A stretch of DNA of 64,000 bases from Auanema rhodensis (Eukaryota > Animalia > Nematoda), in contig OZ059899.1 in NCBI GenBank assembly GCA_964057225.1, positions 19,654,001 to 19,718,000 on the forward strand, in the 5' to 3' direction. A model generated the notes under the pieces. The model was not told where the DNA came from, ran no database searches, and worked only from the letters and a program-made list of their open reading frames with translations. Both the position numbers and the translations under genes were made by a program. Of the stretch, positions 54,801 to 64,000 are shown piece after piece. Within the stretch, counting starts at the first letter, position 1. Each line of letters begins with the position of its first letter.

Positions 54801-57800
54801 AGATGTTTTTAGATTCCTTTTTTCAAGGCAAAGACGATGGACAATGTTATTCAACGAAAAAATTAATTCTGCAGGGTGAAAATCGAGGATATAAGTGTGA
54901 ACTTATATCAGTTGATATCTCGGTGCATTTTTAAGCTAGCGCAAATCTGATAACACAGATCGACGCAGCTTAAAAATCCGCATCGAATGCACTATACTAC
55001 ATTGAGAAACGCTTAATACAAAAATTAGTTATGATCGTTTGAAAAATGATGCATTAGTGTATGTTGAGTTTCCATGTACACTCAACATTGCTTCCAAAAA
55101 CCTTTTTACAAAAATTTTTCCGAAAAATTTCGAAAAAATTTCGCAAAAAGTAGATGTTTTTAGATTCCTTTTTCCAAGGCAAAGACGATGGACAATGTTA
55201 TTCAACGAAAAAATTAATTCTGCAGGGTGAAAATCGAGGATATAAGTGTGAACTTATATCAGTTGATATCTCGGTGCATTTTTAAGCTAGCGCAAATCTG
55301 ATAACACAGATCGACGCAGCTTAAAAATCCGCATCGAATGCACTATACAACATTGAGAAACGCTTGATACAAAAATTAGTTATGATCGTTTGAAAAATGA
55401 TGCATTAGTGTATGTTGAGTTTCCATGTACACTCAACATTGCTTCCAAAAACATTTTGACAAAAATTTTTCCGAAAAATTTCAAAATAATTTCGCGAAAA
55501 GTAGATGTTTTTAGATTCCTTTTTCCAAGGCAAAGACGATGGACAATGTTATTCAACGAAAAAATTAATTCTGCAGGGTGAAAATCGAGGATATAAGTGT
55601 GAACTTATATCAGTTGATATCTCGGTGCATTTTTAAGCTAGCGCAAATCTGATAACACAGATCGACGCAGCTTAAAAATCCGCATCGAATGCACTATACT
55701 GCATTGAGAAACGCTTAATACAAAAGTTAGTTATGATCGTTTGAAAAATGATGCATTAGTGTATGTTGAGTTTCCATGTACACTCAACATTGCTTCCAAA
55801 AACATTTTTACAAAAATTTTTCCGAAAAATTTCGAAAAAATTTCGCAAAAAGTAGATGTTTTTAGATTCCTTTTTCCAAGGCAAAGACGATGGACAATGT
55901 TATTCAACGAAAAAATTAATTCTGCAGGGTGAAAATCGAGGATATAAGTGTGAACTTATATCAGTTGATATCTCGGTGCATTTTTAAGCTAGCGCAAATC
56001 TGATAACACAGATCGACGCAGCTTAAAAATCCGCATCGAATGCACTATACAACATTGAGAAACGCTTGATACAAAAATTAGTTATGATCGTTTGAAAAAT
56101 GATGCATTAGTGTATGTTGAGTTTCCATGTACACTCAACATTGCTTCCAAAAACATTTTGACAAAAATTTTTCCGAAAAATTTCAAAATAATTTCGCGAA
56201 AAGTAGATGTTTTTAGATTCCTTTTTCCAAGGCAAAGACGATGGACAATGTTATTCAACGAAAAAATTAATTCTGCAGGGTGAAAATCGAGGATATAAGT
56301 GTGAACTTATATCAGTTGATATCTCGGTGCATTTTTAAGCTAGCGCAAATCTGATAACACAGATCGACGCAGCTTAAAAATCCGCATCGAATGCACTGTA
56401 CATCATTGAGAAACGTTTAATACAAAAATTAGTTATGATCGTTTGAAAAATGATGCATTAGTGTATATTGAGTTTCCATGTACACTCAACATAGCTTCCA
56501 AAAACATTTTGACAAAAATTTTTCCGAAAAATTTCAAAATAATTTCGCGAAAAGTAGATGTTTTTAGATTCCTTTTTCCAAGGCAAAGACGATGGACAAT
56601 GTTGTTCAACGAAAAAATTAATTCTGCAGGGTGAAAATCGAGGATATAAGTGTGAACTTATATCAGTTGATATCTCGGTGCATTTTTAAGCTAGCGCAAA
56701 TCTGATAACACAGATCGACGCAGCTTAAAAATCCGCATCGAATGCACTGTACATCATTGAGAAACGTTTAATACAAAAATTAGTTATGATCGTTTGAAAA
56801 ATGATGCATTAGTGTATATTGAGTTTCCATGTACACTCAACATAGCTTCCAAAAACATTTTGACAAAAATTTTTCCGAAAAATTTTAAAATAATTTCGCA
56901 AAGAGTAGGTGTTTTTAGATTCCTTTTTTCAAGGCAAAGACGATGGACAATGTTATTCAACGAAAAAATTAATTCTCCAGGGTGAAAATCGAGGATATAA
57001 GTGTGAACTTTTATCAGTTGATATCTCGGTGCATTTTAAAGCTAGCGCAAATCTGATAACACAGATCGACGCAGCTTAAAAATCCGCATCGAATGCATTA
57101 TACTACATTGAGAAACGCTTAATAAAAAAATTAGTTATGATCGTTTGAAAAATGATGCATTAGTGTATGTTGAGTTTCCATGTACACTCAACATAGCTTC
57201 CAAAAACATTTTGACAAAAATTTTTCCGAAAAATTTCAAAATAATTTCGCAAAAAGTAGATGTTTTTAGATTCCTTTTTTCAAGGCAAAGACGATGGACA
57301 ATGTTATTCAACGAAAAAATTAATTCTTCAGGGTGAAAATCGAGGATATAAGTGTGAACTTATATCAGTTGATATCTCGGTGCATTTTTAAGCTAGCGCA
57401 AATCTGATAACACAGATCGACGCAGCTTAAAAATCCGCATCGAATGCATTATACTACATTGAGAAACGCTTGATACAAAAATTAGGTATGATCGTTTGAA
57501 AAATGATGCATTAGTGTATGTTGAGTTTCCATGTACACTCAACATAGCTTCCAAAAACATTTTGACAAAAATGTTTCCGAAAAATTTCAAAATAATTTCG
57601 CGAAAAGTAGATGTTTTTAGATTCCTTTTTTCAAGGCAAAGACGATGGACAATGTTATTCAACGAAAAAATTAATTCTTCAGGGTGAAAATCGAGGATAT
57701 AAGTGTGAACTTATATCAGTTGATATCTCGGTGCATTTTTAAGCTAGCGCAAATCTGATAACACAGATCGACGCAGCTTAAAAATCCGCATCGAATGCAC

Positions 57801-60800
57801 TATACATCATTGAGAAACGTTTAATACAAAAATTAGTTATGATCGTTTGAAAAATGATGCATTAGTGTATGTTGAGTTTCCATGTACACTCAACATTGCT
57901 TCCAAAAACATTTTGACAAAAATGTTTCCGAAAAATTTCAAAATAATTTCGCGAAAAGTAGATGTTTTTAGATTCCTTTTTTCAAGGCAAAGACGATGGA
58001 CAATGTTATTCAACGAAAAAATTAATTCTTCAGGGTGAAAATCGAGGATATAAGTGTGAACTTATATCAGTTGATATCTCGGTGCATTTTTAAGCTAGCG
58101 CAAATCTGATAACACAGATCGACGCAGCTTAAAAATCCGCATCGAATGCACTATACATCATTGAGAAACGTTTAATACAAAAATTAGTTATGATCGTTTG
58201 AAAAATGATGCATTAGTGTATATTGAGTTTCCATGTACACTCAACATAGCTTCCAAAAACATTTTGACAAAAATTTTTCCGAAAAATTTTAAAATAATTT
58301 CGCAAAGAGTAGGTGTTTTTAGAATCCTTTTTTCAAGGCAAAGACGATGGACAATGTTATTCAACGAAAAAATTAATTCTGCAGGGTGAAAATCGAGGAT
58401 ATAAGTGTGAACTTATATCAGTTGATATCTCGGTGCATTTTTAAGCTAGCGCAAATCTGATAACACAGATCGACGCAGCTTAAAAATCCGCATCGAATGC
58501 ACTATACTACATTGAGAAACGCTTGATACAAAAATTAGGTATGATCGTTTGAAAAATGATGCATTAGTGTATGTTGAGTTTCCATGTACACTCAACATTG
58601 CTTCCAAAAACATTTTGACAAAAATTTTTCCGAAAAATTTCGAAAAAATTTCGCGAAAAGTAGATGTTTTTAGATTCCTTTTTTCAAGGCAAAGACGATG
58701 GACAATGTTATTCAACGAAAAAATTATTTCTGCAGGGTGAAAATCGAGGATATAAGTGTGAACTTATATCAGTTGATATCTCGGTGCATTTTTAAGCTAG
58801 CGCAAATCTGATAACACAGATCGACGCAGCTTAAAAATCCGCATCGAATGCATTATACTACATTGAGAAACGCTTAATACAAAACTTAGTTATGATCGTT
58901 TGAAAAATGATGCATTAGTGTATGTTGAGTTTCCATGTACACTCAACATTGCTTCCAAAAACATTTTGACAAAAATTTTTCCGAAAAATTTCAAAATAAT
59001 TTCGCGAAAAGTAGATGTTTTTAGATTCCTTTTTTCAAGGCAAAGACGATGGACAATGTTATTCAACGAAAAAATTAATTCTCCAGGGTGAAAATCGAGG
59101 ATATAAGTGTGAACTTATATCAGTTGATATCTCGGTGCAATTTTAAGCTAGCGCAAATCTGATAATACAGATCGACGCAGCTTAAAAATCCGCATCGAAT
59201 GCACTATACTGCATTGAGAAACGCTTAATACAAAAGTTAGTTATGATCGTTTGAAAATTGATGCATTAGTGTATGTTGAGTTTCCATGTACACTCAACAT
59301 TGCTTCCAAAAACATTTTGACAAAAATTTTTCCGAAAAATTTCAAAATAATTTCGCAAAAAGTAGATGTTTTTAGATTCCTTTTTTCAAGGCAAAGACGA
59401 TGGACAATGTTATTCAACGAAAAAATTAATTCTGCAGGGTGAAAATCGAGGATATAAGTGTGAACTTATATCAGTTGATATCTCGGTGCATTTTTAAGCT
59501 AGCGCAAATCTGATAACACAGATCGACGCAGCTTAAAAATCCGCATCGAATGCACTATACAACATTGAGAAACGCTTAATACAAAAGTTAGTTATGATCG
59601 TTTGAAAAATGATGCATTAGTGTATGTTGAGTTTCCATGTACACTCAACATTGCTTCCAAAAACATTTTGACAAAAATTTTTCCGAAAAATTTCAAAATA
59701 ATTTCGCAAAAATTAGATGTTTTTAGATTCCTTTTTTCAAGGCAAAGACGATGGACAATGTTATTCAACGAAAAAATTAATTCTGCAGGGTGAAAATCGA
59801 GGATATAAGTGTGAACTTATATCAGTTGATATCTCGGTGCATTTTTAAGCTAGCGCAAATCTGATAACACAGATCGACGCAGCTTAAAAATCCGCATCGA
59901 ATGCACTATACTACATTGAGAAACGCTTAATACAAAAATTAGTTATGATCGTTTGAAAAATGATGCATTAGTGTATGTTGAGTTTCCATGTACACTCAAC
60001 ATTGCTTCCAAAAACCTTTTTACAAAAATTTTTCCGAAAAATTTCGAAAAAATTTCGCAAAAAGTAGATGTTTTTAGATTCCTTTTTCCAAGGCAAAGAC
60101 GATGGACAATGTTATTCAACGAAAAAATTAATTCTGCAGGGTGAAAATCGAGGATATAAGTGTGAACTTATATCAGTTGATATCTCGGTGCATTTTTAAG
60201 CTAGCGCAAATCTGATAACACAGATCGACGCAGCTTAAAAATCCGCATCGAATGCACTATACAACATTGAGAAACGCTTGATACAAAAATTAGTTATGAT
60301 CGTTTGAAAAATGATGCATTAGTGTATGTTGAGTTTCCATGTACACTCAACATTGCTTCCAAAAACATTTTGACAAAAATTTTTCCGAAAAATTTCAAAA
60401 TAATTTCGCGAAAAGTAGATGTTTTTAGATTCCTTTTTCCAAGGCAAAGACGATGGACAATGTTATTCAACGAAAAAATTAATTCTGCAGGGTGAAAATC
60501 GAGGATATAAGTGTGAACTTATATCAGTTGATATCTCGGTGCATTTTTAAGCTAGCGCAAATCTGATAACACAGATCGACGCAGCTTAAAAATCCGCATC
60601 GAATGCACTATACTGCATTGAGAAACGCTTAATACAAAAGTTAGTTATGATCGTTTGAAAAATGATGCATTAGTGTATGTTGAGTTTCCATGTACACTCA
60701 ACATTGCTTCCAAAAACATTTTTACAAAAATTTTTCCGAAAAATTTCGAAAAAATTTCGCAAAAAGTAGATGTTTTTAGATTCCTTTTTCCAAGGCAAAG

Positions 60801-61290
60801 ACGATGGACAATGTTATTCAACGAAAAAATTAATTCTGCAGGGTGAAAATCGAGGATATAAGTGTGAACTTATATCAGTTGATATCTCGGTGCATTTTTA
60901 AGCTAGCGCAAATCTGATAACACAGATCGACGCAGCTTAAAAATCCGCATCGAATGCACTATACAACATTGAGAAACGCTTGATACAAAAATTAGTTATG
61001 ATCGTTTGAAAAATGATGCATTAGTGTATGTTGAGTTTCCATGTACACTCAACATTGCTTCCAAAAACATTTTGACAAAAATTTTTCCGAAAAATTTCAA
61101 AATAATTTCGCGAAAAGTAGATGTTTTTAGATTCCTTTTTCCAAGGCAAAGACGATGGACAATGTTATTCAACGAAAAAATTAATTCTGCAGGGTGAAAA
61201 TCGAGGATATAAGTGTGAACTTATATCAGTTGATATCTCGGTGCATTTTTAAGCTAGCGCAAATCTGATAACACAGATCGACGCAGCTTA
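51830..61290. repeat. Tandem duplication with 4914-bp (14-monomer) period; ends approximate
   Basis: Rare variants pair at exactly 4914 bp: CACTGTACAT 51835/56749, AACTTTTATC in units 51880/56794, TAGAATCC in 53284/58198, AAAACTTAG in 53635/58549, AACCTTTTTAC in 55039/59953. Confidence 0.93.
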
Positions 61291-64000
61291 AAAATCCACA
61301 TCGAATGCACTATACTACATTGAGAAACGCTTGATACAAAAATTAGTTATGATCGTTTGAAAAATGATGCATTAGTGTATGTTGAGTTTCCATGTACACT
61401 CAACATAGCTTCCAAAAACATTTTGACAAAAATTTTTCCGAAAAATTTCAAAATAATTTCGCGAAAAGTAGATGTTTTTAGATTCCTTTTTTCAAGGCAA
61501 AGACGATGGACAATGTTATTCAACGAAAAAAATAATTCTGCAGGGTGAAAATCGAGGATATAAGTGTGAACTTATATCAGTTGATATCTCGGTGCATTTT
61601 TAAGCTAGCGCAAATCTGATAACACAGATCGACGCAGCTTAAAAATCCACATCGAATGCACTATACTACATTGAGAAACGTTTAATACAAAAATTAGTTA
61701 TGATCGTTTGAAAAATGATGCATTAGTGTATATTGAGTTTCCATGTACACTCAACATAGCTTCCAAAAACATTTTGACAAAAATTTTTCCGAAAAATTTC
61801 GAAATAAATTCGCAAAAAGTAGATGTTTTTAGATTCCTTTTTTCAAGGCAAAGACGATGGACAATGTTATTCAACGAAAAAATTAATTCTGCAGGGTGAA
61901 AATCGAGGATATAAGTGTGAACTTATATCAGTTGATATCTCGGTGCATTTTTAAGCTAGCGCAAATCTGATAACACAGATCGACGCAGCTTAAAAATCCG
62001 CATCGAATGCACTATACATCATTGAGAAACGTTTAATACAAAAATTAGTTATGATCGTTTGAAAAATGATGCATTAGTGTATGTTGAGTTTCCATGTACA
62101 CTCAACATAGCTTCCAAAAACATTTTGACAAAAATTTTTCCGAAAAATTTCAAAATAATTTCGCGAAAAGTAGATGTTTTTAGATTCCTTTTTTCAAGGC
62201 AAAGACGATGGACAATGTTATTCAACGAAAAAATTATTTCTGCAGGGTGAAAATCGAGGATATAAGTGTGAACTTATATCAGTTGATATCTCGGTGCATT
62301 TTTAAGCTAGCGCAAATCTAATAACACAGATCGACGCAGCTTAAAAATCCGCATCGAATGCACTATACATCATTGAGAAACGTTTAATACAAAAGTTAGT
62401 TATGATCGTTTGAAAAATGATGCATTAGTGTATATTGAGTTTCCATGTACACTCAACATTGCTTCCAAAAACATTTTGACAAAAATTTTTCCGAAAAATT
62501 TTAAAATAATTTTGCAAAAAGTAGGTGTTTTTAGATTCCTTTTTTCAAGGCAAAGACGATGGACAATGTTATTCAACGAAAAAATTAATTCTGCAGGGTG
62601 AAAATCGAGGATATAAGTGTGAACTTATATCAGTTGATATCTCGGTGCATTTTTAAGCTAGCGCAAATCTGATAACACAGATCGACGCAGCTAAAAAATC
62701 CGCATCGAATGCACTATACTGCATTGAGAAACGCTTAATACAAAAATTAGGTATGATCGTTTGAAAAATGATGCATTAGTGTATATTGAGTTTCCATGTA
62801 CACTCAACATAGCTTCCAAAAACATTTTGACAAAAATTTTTCCGAAAAATTTCGAAATAAATTCGCAAAAAGTAGATGTTTTTAGATTCCTTTTTTCAAG
62901 GCAAAGACGATGGACAATGTTATTCAACGAAAAAATTAATTCTGCAGGGTGAAAATCGAGGATATAAGTGTGAACTTATATCAGTTGATATCTCGGTGCA
63001 TTTTTAAGCTAGCGCAAATCTGATAACACAGATCGACGCAGCTTAAAAATCCGCATCGAATGCACTATACTGCATTGAGAAACGCTTAATACAAAAGTTA
63101 GTTATGATCGTTTGAAAAATGATGCATTAGTGTATATTGAGTTTCCATGTACACTCAACATTGCTTCCAAAAACATTTTGACAAAAATTTTTCCGAAAAA
63201 TTTTAAAATAATTTTGCAAAAAGTAGGTGTTTTTAGATTCCTTTTTTCAAGGCAAAGACGATGGACAATGTTATTCAACGAAAAAATTAATTCTGCAGGG
63301 TGAAAATCGAGGATATAAGTGTGAACTTATATCAGTTGATATCTCGGTGCATTTTTAAGCTAGCGCAAATCTGATAACACAGATCGACGCAGCTTAAAAA
63401 TCCGCATCGAATGCACTATACTGCATTGAGAAACGCTTAATACAAAAGTTAGTTATGATCGTTTGAAAAATGATGCATTAGTGTATGTTGAGTTTCCATG
63501 TACACTCAACATAGCTTCCAAAAACATTTTGACAAAAATTTTTCCGAAAAATTTCAAAATAATTTCGCAAAAAGTAGGTGTTTTTAGATTCCTTTTTTCA
63601 AGGCAAAGACGATGGACAATGTTATTCAACGAAAAAATTAATTCTGCAGGGTGAAAATCGAGGATATAAGTGTGAACTTATATCAGTTGATATCTCGGTG
63701 CATTTTTAAGCTAGCGCAAATCTGATAACACAGATCGACGCAGCTTAAAAATCCGCATCGAATGCACTATACTGCATTGAGAAACGCTTAATACAAAAGT
63801 TAGTTATGATCGTTTGAAAAATGATGCATTAGTGTATGTTGAGTTTCCATGTACACTCAACATTGCTTCCAAAAACATTTTGACAAAAATTTTTCCGAAA
63901 AATTTTAAAATAATTTTGCAAAAAGTAGGTGTTTTTAGATTCCTTTTTTCAAGGCAAAGACGATGGACAATGTTATTCAACGAAAAAATTAATTCTGCAG

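Larger units (their letters stand above)
1..64000. repeat. Tandem satellite DNA array, 351-bp monomer, ~182 head-to-tail copies, runs off both window ends
   Basis: The landmark TTGAAAAATGATGCATTAGTG recurs at 278, 629, 980 ... 63463, 63814. Arithmetic check: 278 + 180x351 + 9 (one-base insertions) - 4 (one deletion) = 63463. No non-repeat sequence seen anywhere. Confidence 0.99.

Noticed and set aside
1682-62927. Longer 75-89 aa ORFs and minus-strand ORFs
   Set aside because: They appear only where a single satellite variant shifts the frame or removes a stop (e.g. +G at 1842/5004, TTAGGT at ~52571), so they are by-products of sequence variation.
278-63654. Repeated 63-aa ORF (MKNDALVYVEFPCTLN...) as a tandem multigene family
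   Set aside because: It starts at TTG rather than ATG and has no recognisable domain. Its K/F/I/N bias simply mirrors the A/T tracts. Many variants change the amino acid, and frameshifted (3087, 4141, 5898, 27665), nonsense (21347, 22049) and start-less (14327, 15029) copies are amplified like the rest.
1-64000. Giant tandem-repeat protein gene (351 is divisible by 3)
   Set aside because: Stops recur within the monomer; no ORF in the six-frame track exceeds 89 aa, shorter than one 117-codon unit.
1-64000. CRISPR array or other repeat-spacer system
   Set aside because: Palindromic elements exist, but the sequence between them is also repeated. There are no unique spacers, no leader and no cas genes.
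1-64000. Pure artefact (rolling-circle concatemer or collapsed repeat)
   Set aside because: Variants are shared in ordered, nested and regionally restricted patterns with almost no random indels, which fits a real evolving array. Individual duplications still need read support.

Overview
The whole 64-kb window is one uninterrupted head-to-tail tandem array (satellite DNA) of a 351-bp AT-rich monomer. It holds 181 complete units from 278 to 63813 plus partial units at both ends, about 182 copies, all in one orientation. GC is about 32% by hand count of the consensus. I found no unique sequence, inversion, transposon insertion, credible gene, RNA gene or CRISPR spacer. The 63-aa ORF track is the same TTG-initiated chance ORF repeated once per monomer. 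Monomers differ by a few substitutions each, and only three distinct indel events are visible. Diagnostic variants reveal local subfamily domains and a changing series of higher-order repeats (2-, 3-, 5-, 6-, 8/9- and 14-mers), some nested. The monomer is densely packed with dyad symmetries: two 9-bp perfect stems (one closed by a GTGA/GNRA tetraloop), a 67-nt foldback of about 26 bp, and an A/T-tract palindromic block. It is also CpG-enriched. Best reading (inference): a eukaryotic, probably invertebrate, centromeric or pericentromeric satellite of roughly dinucleosome length. I cannot name the family or species from sequence alone. Monomer positions quoted below count from the TTG of TTGAAAAATGATGC (e.g. 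6601 = position 1).
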